A stretch of DNA of 64,000 nt, from contig NC_069004.1 in the NCBI RefSeq assembly GCF_001194135.2, forward strand, positions 16,530,652-16,594,651, given 5' to 3'. This DNA comes from Octopus bimaculoides (taxonomy: Eukaryota). This document shows, one piece after another, positions 12,701 to 25,580 of the stretch. The notes under the pieces were generated by a model. That model was not told the DNA's origin. It saw only the letters and a program-made list of their open reading frames with translations, and did not search any database. Position 1 is the first letter of the stretch. Each line of letters begins with the position of its first letter. The translations under genes and the position numbers were made by a program.

Positions 12701-14021
12701 ATACACACACATACATACAAGGACATACTTGTGTTCTTTTACTGGTTTCAGTCATTGGGTTGCAACTATCTAAAAAGATTTAATTGGTCATATAGAATCC
12801 ATTGCTTATTTTTGTCTGGTACTGAAGTCATTGACTCTATTTACGTCTTGTACTTACAAGACGTAAACAAACATTAATAAATCGCACCAGTGTTTAGACT
12901 ATGAGCGCAGACATGCATGCATATATACATCCACATGCACACACACAACCTACCATATTTACTCAAGTGCAGTGGAATATAATGTAATCCTTATTTTCCA
13001 CTAAGGATTACATTATAAGCAATATACCCTATCCTCTCCTTTTTCTTTTTACACTCTAGTATAATGCACACACACCCACTTCCTAATTTTGACATGTGAT
13101 GTTTTGTATCAACTTTCTTGCATTAAACTACTTGAGTAAATATGATGAACTTTTGAACTGTTTCCATCAAATTCTGTTTACAAGGTATTAACCAAGTCAG
13201 TAGTAGATGCCACACAATGGGATTGAACCTAGAGTCATTTATATAAACTGAACTATAGTGCTTTCTTTTTATGTTTATACTTTGATTTACATAAATTTTA
13301 TTTCAAACTTGTCCAACCTGTATTTTAATTTTCATGGTCGGGATATTTTTATTACCTTATCAACCCATTTTGTTTGGTTTTGTTTGGTCTGTATGTGTGT
13401 TGTGTATGATTCACTCTATAGCTATTTAGAGTTTCACTTGTTTTTATAGCACAGTTGATAGAATCTACCTAATACTTGATTGGTACATGCTTTAATGACT
13501 CTGAAAGGTACATTAAACTTTGCACAGAATGAAATAACACCTTTACACAATAGTCTCAAATACTTATAGAGTACTTTTTCTCTTGACTTCATTTCTAAAT
13601 GTGTGTGTGTCTGTGTATTACATATACAGGATTTGGTTTCTACTTAGGTTTCATGCTGACCAGATATTGAAGCAACTAATTCAGATATTCAAACAATTAA
13701 TGCCTTCATTCTCATTATTATTTTGTTTTTTGCTTATCAATCATTTTGGGAGTTTGCAGTATTCTGTGAAGTAACTGATTTTTGCTTATCTGTGTCACCC
13801 TCATATTTTGGCTCTAGTACACCATTTAAAAGTATTTATTCCGTCTGCATTTCTGACCAATTATTCAATATTAATTGATTTTGATGTCTACATTGGGACA
13901 AGATCTCATTTCAACTATTGAGTAAGGATATATCTGGCATGATGATATTGTATTTTTCCAAGACGAATCGTGGTCGGTTCACAGGACCATTTACATAAGG
14001 GATATCACTGTGTATCATTAC

Positions 14022-14277
14022 TGTTGTTTGAGAGTATGATGCCCCCTAGCAAGAATGGACTGGACCACTACATATAAATAGTAGTGGTCTGAGTAAGTGA
14101 GGTAGTTCATGCTAGTTCCACAGTTCATGTGTTGATAGTTCAAAGTTTACAATTCAAGCTAACGTGTTTGGATTGTTGGTTCCTAAAAGATTGTTGTTAT
14201 ATTCCATGTGGTTACTGCTATTTGTTTCAATTGTATTATTACACTGTTGCAGCATATTTATCCATAAGGATATAACA
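14022..14277 (+). repeat. 5' LTR (256 bp)
   Basis: About 90% identical to 17178-17443 by manual alignment. Confidence 0.92.
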
Positions 14278-14424
14278 TCTGGCGCCAAGGATCGTTTGAA
14301 ACTCTCATTAGTTATTTGACAGTTTCTGCATCATGGAAAGCCTATTAGCCACAGAAGTATAGCTTCAAGGAAAGCAACAGGAACAACTACAGGAGTTGCA
14401 AAAACAAATACTACAACATCAACA

Positions 14425-17095
14425 GTTGAGTTACAGTTGGTGAAATCTGAAAATTCAGTAAGCTCATTTATGTCAGATGGCATGGCTAATGCAATTTCTA
14501 AATTTACATATAATCCAAAGGAGAACATTACGTTTCCCGTATATTATAGAAGATACAGGAAATTTTTAACAATGAGTGCAAGTCATTGTTGGAGGATGAA
14601 AAAGTAAGGCTTTTATTACACAGGGTAGCTCCTGCCAAACATGAATGTTACTGTAACTTTATTCTGCCCGAAATGTCAAGTGAGATTGGTTTCCAAGAAA
14701 CTGTGGAACTGCTTTCAAAAATTCTTGTAATAGAAGTTCATTATTCGACACCAGAATGGAGTGTTGGAACTTAACAAAAAATGAGGAGGATGATTTTATC
14801 ACCTACACTGGGGTAGTCAACCGTATTGTGTGAAAATTTCAAACTCCAGCATATGTTCAAATCGCTTATCTTCATGCAAGAACTTGTAGCACCTAAAGAT
14901 AGAGAAATTCAGGCTAGGATTTTCTCGCAAATGGAGCAAGTGAATTGGAGTTTATCTCTACAGACCATCGCAGAGGAATATCAGACTATGGTAAATCTTA
15001 AACATAATGTGAAAAAATACAAGATAAAGACTCTGCAAAAATTCAAATATGTCATCCCAAGAAGTACAATAAAAAAAAAGTGTCAGGCCCCAATTTAAAG
15101 GATTGTCCATTTAAAACACAAAGTGCTATAGTTGTCAGAAGCTTGGATACATGAGTTCTTGTAGAACAAGACTACGAGGCTCAAGCACAAAAAGTTCTGG
15201 AGAGTGATTGCAACAGAAAAACAAGAAGATTCGTGCTCGTAAAAATAAATGATGTAATTATCAAATTACAGTTAGACTCAGGTAGTGACATCTCGATTAT
15301 AAATGCAGGTAATTGGGAAAAAAACTGGGAAACCGAGATTATGTAAAACAGCAAAAATAGTGCGTGGTGTAACTGGCAATAAATTACATTTCATGAGCAA
15401 ATCATATCAACGTCGCATTTCGAGGAGAGACAGATAAAGCAAAATTATTTGTTGTGGATAATATAATCAATCTGTTTGGCACAGATTAGTTAGAACTATC
15501 TGATTTATGGCACCTACCCATAAATCTTTACTGCAATAACATAAATGGTTGTCCCATTAAAAACAAGTCTTCAGAAGAGCTGAAAAAATTGGAGAAAATG
15601 TTCCCACAAGTGTTATCAGACAATTTAGGTCTATGTAGAAAGATGGAAGCCTATTTCCAGGTAAGTGAAAATGTTGTACCTGTATATAAAGCAAACAGAA
15701 AAGCACCATTCACGGCAACTGAAACCATAAATGAAGTGTTGGACAGACTCGAAAAGAGTGGAGTCAGCAAAAAGATGGATTACTCAAAATGAGTGACACC
15801 CACGGTATGTATTAAAAAAACAAATAAATAATAAGCTTAGGCTGTGTGCCAATTTCTCTACAGGATTGAATGACTGCATAAAAACATAGCACCATTCACT
15901 CCCAACTGCAGAGGACATCTTTTCAAAGTTAAATGGTGGAAAAAATTTTTCCAAATTAAATCTGTCTGAAGCCTATTTACAGATAAAAGTAAATGAAAAA
16001 TGCTCAAAGCATTTGAAAATAAATAGACACAGAGAATTGTACAGATACACATGATTACCTTTTGGATTAAAAGTGGCACCAGCATATTCCAGCAAATCAT
16101 GGATGCTCTGTTATCTGATAGTAAATTTGCAATGGACAATATTTTGATCAAGAGTAATTCTTTTGAACAGCTTATGGAACACATAAAAGCTGTATTTAAG
16201 AAAATTCAAGTTTTCGGGTTCACTCTGAGTGAAGAAAAATGCGAATTCTTTTGACCCAAAATTGGGCAAATAATTGATAAAAGTGCTAGACATCTTGACC
16301 CGTTGAGAGCAGATGCAATAAGAAATATGCCTGTCCTGACAAATATTCCAACTTTACAAGCATTTCTTGGGCTGGCAAACTACTACCAAAACTACATTCC
16401 TAATATGCACAAGTTAAGAGCTCCATCGAACAACTTATTAAAAAAAGGAGTAAAGTGGAATTGGTCCACTAAATGCCAGAACACTTTTAAAGAAATTTTA
16501 AAAAATTCTAATCTCAGACTTGTTGTTAGCACATTATGATCCTGAAATGGACATAATTTCTGATGCTTCCGAGCACAGATTAGGTGTAGTTCTACTTCAT
16601 AAATATGAAGACAGAAGTACAAAACAAGTGCTTCATGTTTCGCGGTAGAGAAGAGATATAGTCAAATTAAAAAGGAGGCCCTAACAATTTTTGCAGTTAA
16701 AATTTCACAGGTTTCTGCATGGCAGAAGTTTTTTTATTGCATACAGACCATAAACCTTTGCTGTCGATTTATGGGTCTGAGAAAGGGATATTGACTCGTA
16801 CTGCGAACTGCCTGCTATGTCGGGATATAATATTACTAAATTAAATTTCAAAATGCAATACATTTCATTGAAAAATAATGGTCATGCAGACTGCCTTTCA
16901 AGATTAATTCCAAAACATATGGAACCACTAGAAGAGACTGTTATAGCAACACTGCAGGCAGAAAGTGAAATTAAAAATGTTATGACAAACGTTATCCAAG
17001 AACTACCAGTGAAGGCACAGGATATAAGAATGAAAGCTGTAGGTGATGAGTATATTACAAAACTGAAAGAAAGCAGACCAAACGCCTTGAGATAA
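14425..17095 (+). pseudogene. gag-pol pseudogene (gag, aspartyl protease, RT, RNase H; many stops and frameshifts)
   Basis: ORF-track fragments 14586, 14826, 15589, 16051, 16303 and 16817: EKVRLLLHR..YCNFILP; GTSIFQQIMD; LQAFLGLANYYQNYIPN; NGHADCLSRLIP. Confidence 0.88.
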
Positions 17096-17177
17096 TGCCC
17101 AGGTGAATGAGATACTAAAAATATATATATAAAAAATTTCTTTATTCCTTTGGAACACGAAATCTCAAAAGGGGAGA

Positions 17178-17443
17178 TGTTGTGTGAGAGTACAACGCCC
17201 CCTGGCAAGAATGGACTGGACCACTACATATAAATAGTAGTGGTCTGAGTAAGTGAGGTAGTATTGTGCTCGCTCCACATTTCATGTGTTGGTAGTTCAA
17301 AGTTTAGAGTTCAAGCTAGTGTGTTTGGATTGTTGGTTCCTAAAAGATTGTTACGTTACGTTACATGTGGTTACTGCCGTTCGTTTCAGTTATATTGTTA
17401 TTACACTATTGCAGTGTATTCGTTTATCCATAAGGATATAACA
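17178..17443 (+). repeat. 3' LTR (266 bp)
   Basis: Preceded by the PPT and followed by TSD ATTAC. Confidence 0.92.
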
Positions 17444-19048
17444 ATTACCCTGCTTTTATTATGGTGAAATTTATTTTCTTAAGTTCCAAATATGCTGCAA
17501 CAATGTAACATTCCTTCTTTTTGAACAATTACTACTCAACGAGTGTGTTCTTGATTTGTTTCAGTTGCATTCACTTTCAGGTAAAGGTTGTGAGTTGGTA
17601 GTTGTTTTTTATTACTGATATTCCTGGGGGCATACTTTTAGTTTTTCATGCAGCTAAGTTCAGAATTTTAAAGAATTCAACTTTGAAATAAACCAGTTAA
17701 ATTATAAAAAGTAACAATCACTATATAAAATCTATCAAGTAACCACTGTATATATATAAAAAGTTATTCCAACTACACATTTTCAATAGTAATAATAATA
17801 ATTTTACACAGTAACTAAAGCAGAAGGATCTCCACAATTTCCTCAAGTTAAACAGTATTCAATCAGCCTGCACCATTCTATAAGGAAACCTTAAAAAACC
17901 CTAATGTAAATAGAGAAACAAATCCAGTAGAACTAGGAAAGGAAAGATCTAGTTCAACTCAACATTCAGCTTAGATTTAACATCAAATGTAACAAAAATG
18001 TTTCTAGCATTGAACATTCCCCATCTGACTATAGGCTATTTTATAGAAATAATATAAAAGTTAGCTATTGCCTATACATGAAACTAAAACATACCATCTG
18101 AGAGATAAATAACTAAATAGCTAGCAATCCACAACCTTCAGCTGAAAATGGACACAACTAATACAGATCAAGAATATATCTAAGTGATAATTCTTAAAAA
18201 AAAAAAAAAGAAATTAATTCATAAGAAACCTATAGTATGATTTATAAGAAAGCTATACTGATTAAAAACTACATCTGGGTACCAAGCAGAACATTTAAAA
18301 TTAGATATAGACATATAACATGTGCATTCATTCCACAACTGCATATGTGAACCTTAAAAGGAGCAAAATATAAATATTAGCTGATAGATAGTAGTACCCC
18401 TTAAATGACTACTGGATAAACCCTCTGCATTGCAGAAAATGCAATATCATCACAAAAATGTATGCATACTCATGAGGTATGAAAAATTGGTTGGAATTGT
18501 GCACACAACATCTGAAAATGATGTAGTAGTGGTAAAGTAGCATCAAGATTGTAAATGCCAAACAGCTACTCAACAGGACACAACCAACTACCAGAAAGAA
18601 TTGACCACTACAGATGGAGTAACCAATGAGAATGACTGACATTTTAAAGAAAGTAACTGTTTATTTTTATCTAAATTAGGTGCTTGGAAGTTTGCAGAGT
18701 GCAAAACTTGAATAATGATAAAATCCCCAATTTATATAAGTATATGAACAAACTACACGATGTATTGACTATCTTCCATTTTCATTTGTAAGCTGTAACA
18801 ATGCATGCATGTGCATGTGGTTACATAGCTATATTTTCTCAAAGCATAGAGATGGAATATTTCATTGTTGTATTAGTGAACAAGGTAGCAACTTATTACA
18901 TAATATATGTATGTGTGAAGGCTGAACAATATTCTGTATTTGTAGTAAAAGAAGTGAGATATACTTGCATATTTAGAATAGTAAAATGGTAATTTTTTTG
19001 AGCTGCATTTTTCTTTAAAAATCCTTCTTTTTTCCTCCCAATTTTCAG

Positions 19049-19138
19049 GCTCTTGATGGTTTTGTCTTCTTTGTCAACTGCCAAGGCATTGTAGAACATG
19101 TCTCAGAAAAGGTCTCTCTTTACCTCAAATACACGCAG
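19049..19138 (+). CDS. NCOA: NCOA exon 2, PAS-A start: ALDGFVFFVNCQGIVEHVSEKVSLYLKYTQ
   Basis: ttttcag acceptor, CAG|GTATGT donor, 90 nt, canonical bHLH-PAS ALDGF motif. Confidence 0.95.
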
Positions 19139-20009
19139 GTATGTATTTCTATAATTTTGTTTTATCTCCCTTTTTTTTTTTTTTTTTTTTTTTTTGCTTA
19201 GAAATTGTTTTAGTCACACTCACCAACTCAAAATGAATTTTTCTAAAAGCTAGTACTTGGTTGATGTGTGATTAATGTTTTTACAATATCAGAAGATTGT
19301 GCATTGCAGGTGACATTCCTAGAAGTTCTGTTATTTCTCACAGCTAAGAGAACTGAACTATATGGAATTTAATAGTAAAATACTTGCAAATTCAAACATT
19401 TGGAGGTTGAGTTTGATACTTTACTCACAGCATTTCTCAGATTTTTGTAACAAACACCAAGTGGAGTAAAGCTTTGTGAGCTCAATTGAGACATACATTA
19501 GATTTCACAGGCTGGATAGGGACAATCACTCCTAAAAAGTCTTTTCATAATGCAAGCCAAAGTAATGATCAAAGGGGGTCAATATATATAACAACTTCAT
19601 TAATAATTAAGAAAGGAAAGAACATGAAGTGTTCATAAAGTTCATATGTAGAGCATGTGATGAAAACTTATCCACATGCAGTCCTATTAAGTAAGGATTC
19701 TTAGGGTAAGAACAGAAATAGAAATTGTCCAAATGAATGCATGCAGTTGTTGAGGATACCCTTATACTTTATAAAAAGCTTACATTGTTTCAGCTGCCAA
19801 ATCTTTCCTAATCATTTACATCATTAGAATCCATTCAGGCTCTGAATCTGAGAGTATGCTGGAGATGTTAGACTGAGTGTTTGGGCAAAATTTGACAGTT
19901 TGCATAAAAGGAAAAGGAAACAATATCCCATCCAAAAATAAAAGTATTTTTAAAACATAAAAAAATATCAAACAAATTATGGTTGGGAGATAATTTTCTC
20001 AAAGAAAAT

Positions 20010-21235
20010 TATTCTGCCATGGCCTCAAAATGGCTCCAGAACTTGGTGCATGCATTCCTCACTGTACCCCTGAGAAGATGTTCAAACACCTACTTGATCT
20101 TAGCCCCAGCTCAGCCTTGATGTTGCAGGCAGAGCAGTTGGTGTCTTCCTTGACCATGCCCCACACATAGTAATCCATGGGATTATAATTGGGGGAATTA
20201 GTAGGCCAGAAATTTGGACTGGTGAAATCATAGAAATTCTCTGAAAGCCACTTCTGACTCTTTCTGGAGGTATGGCAAGGACCCAAATCCTGTTGTCACA
20301 CACATGATCTTCCAACATCAATCCTCTCCAGCCAGGGTTTGACCACAGTCTCCAGCAGTTTCACATCATCATCATCATCATCATCGTTTAACGTCCGCTT
20401 TCCATGCTAGCATGGGTTGGACGACTTGACTGAGGACTGGTGAAACCGGATGGCAACACCAGGCTCCAATCTAAATTTGGCAGAGTTTCTACAGTTGGAT
20501 GCCCTTCCTAACGCCAACCACTGAATTGTTTAAAGATGTGGGGCAGCGAAACAGCACCCTCAATGAAGACACACCCAAAGACAGTTTGGAGGAACTTGGT
20601 TTTCATGATATGTGGGACATCACATGGATTGTAGGCAAACCATGTCTCATGCAACTGGTCCTGGCAGAAGTTCTTTTCATCTGAGAAGAACCAGATCATC
20701 CTCAGTTCAACCGGATGCATCAGCTTTGGCTATCAGAACTTGTTCCCTATGCCTTTCGTACAAGTGGTAGCGAAAGTACTCATTCAGAGTCGGCTTTATG
20801 GTGTTGACTCCAACACCCATCTTTCTCACCAAAGCCCAGTTTCCCTTGCTCGGATCTTCCATCACCTTGTCCTGCAGCTGTTGGATGAATTCCAGCCTGT
20901 GGATGCAGCCAGAACACCTGTTCTGTCCCTTTCTACTGGCTTCATAGTTTCTGTTGCAACTGTCCATGTCACTTCTTACAGCTTTTACAGTGTTCACAGA
21001 ACATCGAGCAGCAGTCCTGATGGTGGTATTTTGATACCTGACATGAATCATCGTGATACAACTAACTCTTTTCCAATATTCAGATGGCTTCCCATTCTCC
21101 ATGTCAACTAACTTTTTCTTGGCTCCAACTTTAATCTTATGCTCTCCAATGCTGTTGACTATTCATCAACACATCAAGCTGTTTTTGGCAAAAGGAAACA
21201 TTAAAAAAATTATCAGATTTAGCCAAAACACCCTG
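20010..21235 (-). mobile_element. Tc1/mariner superfamily element (maT/DD37D-like), decayed and interrupted by an RTE end
   Basis: Peptides IWFFSDEKNFCQDQ, CHTSRKSQKWLSENF and WPTNSPNYNPMDYYVWG; minus-strand terminus TA-CAGGGTGTTTTGG at 21235-21237; the other TIR was not found. Confidence 0.8.
20364..20522 (-). mobile_element. young RTE 3' end with (CAT)7 tail
   Basis: Homologous to the 9026 tail region; retains CpGs; interrupts the Tc1-like transposase. Confidence 0.85.
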
Positions 21236-21687
21236 TATTTTACAGAATATTCCAAAATTAAGATGTGCATGAATATTTTTTTTGTAAAATTCTGCCAGTG
21301 GGCTGGACTAAATATTGCTATGAGCTGGATCTGTCCTGCAAGCTGTATGTTTGACGTCCTTGATATAGACATTAGCATGTTTGATGCTATCTTTGTCTAA
21401 CTTTTTCTTGGTTCTAACTTTAATCTTATGCTCTCCAATGCTGTTGACTATTCATCAACACATCAAGCTGTTCTTGGCAAAAGGAAACATTAAAAAAATT
21501 ATCAGATTTAGCCAAAACACCCTGTATTTTACAGAATATTCCAAAATTAAGATGTACATGAATATTTTTTTGTAAAATTCTGCCAGTGGACTGGACTAAA
21601 TATTGCTATGAGTTGGATCTGTCCTGCAAGCTGTATGTTTGACGTCCTTGATATAGACATTAACATGTTTGATGCTATCTTTGTCTA
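21108..21687. repeat. 289-bp tandem duplication (2 copies, about 97% identical)
   Basis: Copies at 21108-21396 and 21397-21684; I count 7 transitions and 1 indel; CTA microhomology at the junctions. Confidence 0.95.
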
Positions 21688-22544
21688 CATTCAGCTCTGT
21701 TCTGGTAACAAAGAAATGTCTAAAAGACTGTGCAAATCTGTGAGTTATGCATGAAGAATAACTATTTCTGTCTTCATAATAACAATACTTAAATGTTTTA
21801 AAGTTTTTGATAATTTATGGCAACAGTATCCTAGTCTACTTCATATATTTCTGTAACTGTCACAGCTACACTGCTGGTGTTATTTGTATAGGAGTGTGCA
21901 TATGTGGGTGGGGCTTGAATTAAAATTGACAATCCCCAAATAGATAAGTTCTCAGCAAATCTAGTCTCCCAGAAATCTATAAATTGATAACTTTTCAATT
22001 TGCACAGCCATTGTTCCATTAATCTGCTCTAAATGGTAATAACAGAAGAGAAAAGAAAGTCATTGATGAGACAAAAATACAAGTGTTTGTGTGGGATGTA
22101 AGAGGCTGAGATGGTATTATAAAAGGAGAGAGGCTGTAATTGATAGAACAAGGCAGATACTGCTGATTGCAAACATACTGGAATTTTATATATAACCAGT
22201 GTGTATAACTAGTCATTGAATCATTGAATATACATCAGTTCCACAATTTTTCTCAATGTTAACTTTATTATTACACATTATATTCATGAAGACATTTGCA
22301 CTTTTGATCAAATGTTTTGCTCTCTGTTTGCATGCATTCACACAAGACAAGAGATGGGTATCAATAAACTACTTGAAATAGCAGTCAAATTGCACTGAAA
22401 TTGTTTCCTACTGGACACGGATAGTGTTGATCTGCATGTAGGAGAAAACTTCCTTTTAAATCTGCTGCATCAAAGTTGGCATTAAACACACGCATACGTG
22501 CACACGCTTATGTGATTGCTATGACAAAGAATAGGTCCCACCAC

Positions 22545-22775
22545 CATAATGTGTGTGTGTGTCTTTGTTTGTCGTAAACCACCACTTGACAACTGCTGTT
22601 GGTATGTTTACATCCCTATAAATTAGCAGTTCATGAAAAGAGAATGATAGAATAGGTACCAGGTTTAAAGAAAAGAATATGTTTTGGGATCAATTCATTC
22701 AAGTAAAAATTCTTTAAGGCAGTGCTCCAGTATGGCCACAGTCTAACGCCTGAAATGTGTAAAAGATAAAAGATA
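22545..22775 (+). mobile_element. family A SINE, 3' half
   Basis: CTTGACAACTG..TGTTTACATCCC..ATAGAATAGGTACC..GTGCTCCAGTATGGCCACAGTC, homologous to 985-1140. Confidence 0.7.
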
Positions 22776-23299
22776 CACACACATACAGAGAATTTGTTGT
22801 ACTGGTGATAAATCTAACAGTCTCAGAGTTGTGTCTGTAGTGTGTTAGAGAGAGTAGGTCATTATCAATCTTTCAAATGGTTTTCTTTCAGATTTTGTCT
22901 CTGATGCTTCTATGTCTTAATAATAATTTAGCAGAGATTATAAAACTAAAACACATGTGGTGTGACATTGATAGTTTTAGTTGAGGTGTTTGATTTGCAA
23001 TCTCAAAGACCTGGATCCAGTCCCAAATTTTGGGTAAATGTCTTTCAACCTAGCCATGGATTGACCCAAGGTTTATGAATGAAATTGGGTGTGGAAGCCT
23101 GATGGATGGATGAATGGATGGGCAGGCAGGTGAGCCAATAGAATGATGGTACCTGTAATTCAATGGTACAGCCTTGTTACACACCGTATCACATTGATTC
23201 TGCTTCAGGATTACATTGAGTGTGCCTCTGGAATTCTCAACCGCTAACTAATTCAATGAACAGGTATTTTAGTTGATTGAACAATTATTGAAACCAACA

Positions 23300-24760
23300 G
23301 TTTTACATTATTTCTAACTCTGAAATGTGAAGACTGTTTCCTTTTTATGCTGTGATTGAGTGTTTCTCTTTGTAGAAGGTTAAAGAGTGAAGTATATCAT
23401 CTGCAAGGGATTGTGTAGTAGGATATTATAATAAGGGAGACATAACCTTAGAGTACATCAGAGCATATAGAATATAATTCAAAAGCAGTCCTCTCATCTA
23501 GTGCTGCAGTAGGACAGTCTTTCTGGAAACTTAATTTCTAAGAGACAGGCTACTTAAGATTTTCTTATGCCAGGGACAATCAGCAGTTTTGGTGAGTGAC
23601 AGAGAGGATCAAGTCTCTGGTGGATCTGGAGGCTGTACCAGTGGCCACTGAGCATGATGAATGGGGTCACCATTGACAGGGATTTCTGTTTTCTCTGAGA
23701 TACTGGAAACATGTGCTAGATGTTGGTAAGAGTTGTTGCCTTTTGGGAGGCAGGACACACTATAGGGGGCTTACAAAGCTTTGGATAAACCAGAGAGAGA
23801 GCAGGTGATTGAGGACTTTGGTGATAATAAGAACAAGTTCTGAAAGATACACCAGTGGGATAGGTTGCGTTTGGTATGATCAGAGAAGTTTTCAGACTTG
23901 GTAGCCCTGGAAGTGTGGAGAAGGAGAGTTGAGAGCTGGATTTCATTTTATTTATGTGTATGTGCACTTTCAGTGTAGAGTTGGACAAAGCAAGTAACAA
24001 ATGTAGAAGATTTTTTCAGTAATTATGTTATTGAATCAGCTGTTCTGTTTAAGGAACGACAAGTAGAAATTCTGGAGATTTGGCAAGGGATCACAAGGCT
24101 TTATTACAATTTTGGAGGTAGAAATGTTTGCTAGTTGTGCATTATAAAAAGGCATCCTTTGCTATGTTATTCTTTTTAATAGTAATCATGTAGGTATTAC
24201 AATGGTGTACTATGTTGGTTATCCAGGAATTGCATTGGTAGGTTCTTTTGCTCATACTGCTGTAACAGCTGTCGGTAAACCAGTTGAGGGTTTTGAGATT
24301 ATAGGCTTCACTGTGTGAGGAATTTGAAGGGTCATACCTTGGAGTCATGTTCATCACCAGCTTAACTGCTTCAAATAAATCAGGGGTGAAACACATTTAC
24401 AGCCAGTAGATAAGCATATGCCTGAAGCTTTAAGTATTTTGAACAGAGGATTCAATATGCAGTGTGTTACATCTATTACAGTAATCAGCCATGAGGAAGA
24501 GATCAAGGGTATTTATTGTTAGTATCAGTCAGGGATGGAGGTATTTGGAGATATCAACTTATACAGATAGCTGATGGTGGCATACAATTTGAATGGTACA
24601 TTAGCAGTGTCAATGTAGGAGGGATGTGTATATTGAAATTTCTTAGTATCTAATTACTATAGAAAGAATGGTGGTGTGAGACAGATGTCTTCAATGTAGA
24701 AAGTGAGATAATTGGTTGGAAGATTTCAGGGATTGTAAAGGCAGTAGATGAACTTTACAG
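23300..24760 (-). mobile_element. highly decayed CR1-like LINE (endonuclease linker plus RT remnants)
   Basis: Minus strand TTGCAGATGATATAC near 23395-23410 resembles the ADD catalytic motif; ORF 24142..24396 resembles the CR1 linker (..NWFTDSC..). Confidence 0.5.
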
Positions 24761-24770
24761 GAGTAAAGTA

Positions 24771-24870
24771 AAGGGTCGGTTAAAAGGTTCATAGGCTGAC
24801 CAAAATACTCTCATGGAATGTGACCAAATGAGGTTTATTTTCCAATATAGTCCCCTATGTGATCCATTGG
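24771..24870. mobile_element. terminal fragment of the same mariner family as 28227-29485
   Basis: AAGGTTCATAGGCTGACCAAAATACT...GGAATGTGACCAAAT is shared with 28227-28290. Confidence 0.7.
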
Positions 24871-25489
24871 TGAAGAAGTTTTCATCAAACAAGATGTGGT
24901 CCGCTGACCTATTGAATCCTGTCAAAATCCATGCTAATACTGAAAGCAGATGATAATGATCAAAGATTAGAAACCTTTTATTCTTTATCTAATCTTTTGT
25001 CGTATTTTATTTTTATAATTTGTAAAATTTAAACTGTTACACCTATTCCAAACTATATACACAAATACATACATTTATCAAATACGTGTATATATACATA
25101 TATCCTTATGCACATTTGCTTCCTGGTGCATCATGTCTTATATGTATTGTATTTGACTTGGAATGCTTCACAGAATAATTCTTTCAAAAAAGAGGCTAAT
25201 TAAACAAATTAGAAGTTTTACCAAATGAAACGCTGATATATTTATTGGTATGAAGGAATGCTTTGTAAACCACTTTTTCTGTACCTAAATCGATATTTTA
25301 ATGACTAATTACACAAACTCCGGTGATGCCAATAGAAAATATAGGATGTGAATTTCTGTAGTGTTCTGTGGTGAACAAAACATTTAGTAATCACTGAAGA
25401 GATAACAACACCAATTAGTTTGTTGCATGTGTAACATGACATTTCATTTATTTATTGTTTATTGTTGCTGTTGTATCTTTCTTTTCTAG

Positions 25490-25580
25490 GAGGAACTGAT
25501 TGGGAAAAGTATCTACAACATTATCCACGTTGGTGACCATGCCCAATTTAGCGGCAAACTACTTCCTATGTCCTATGGCG
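25490..25580 (+). CDS. NCOA: NCOA exon 3, PAS-A: EELIGKSIYNIIHVGDHAQFSGKLLPMSYG
   Basis: cttttctag acceptor, G|GTAAGA donor, 91 nt, phase 0 to 1; PAS motif ELIGKSIYNIIH. Confidence 0.95.

Larger units (their letters stand above)
14022..17443 (+). mobile_element. Ty3/Gypsy LTR retrotransposon (Mag / K02A2.6-like), integrase missing
   Basis: Paired TGT...ACA LTRs; 5-bp TSD ATTAC at 14017-14021 and 17444-17448; PBS-like TCTGGCGCCAAGGAT after the 5' LTR; PPT AAAAGGGGAGA at 17167-17177; gag, protease LDSGSDISII, RT and RNase H (SDAS) remnants. Confidence 0.93.
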
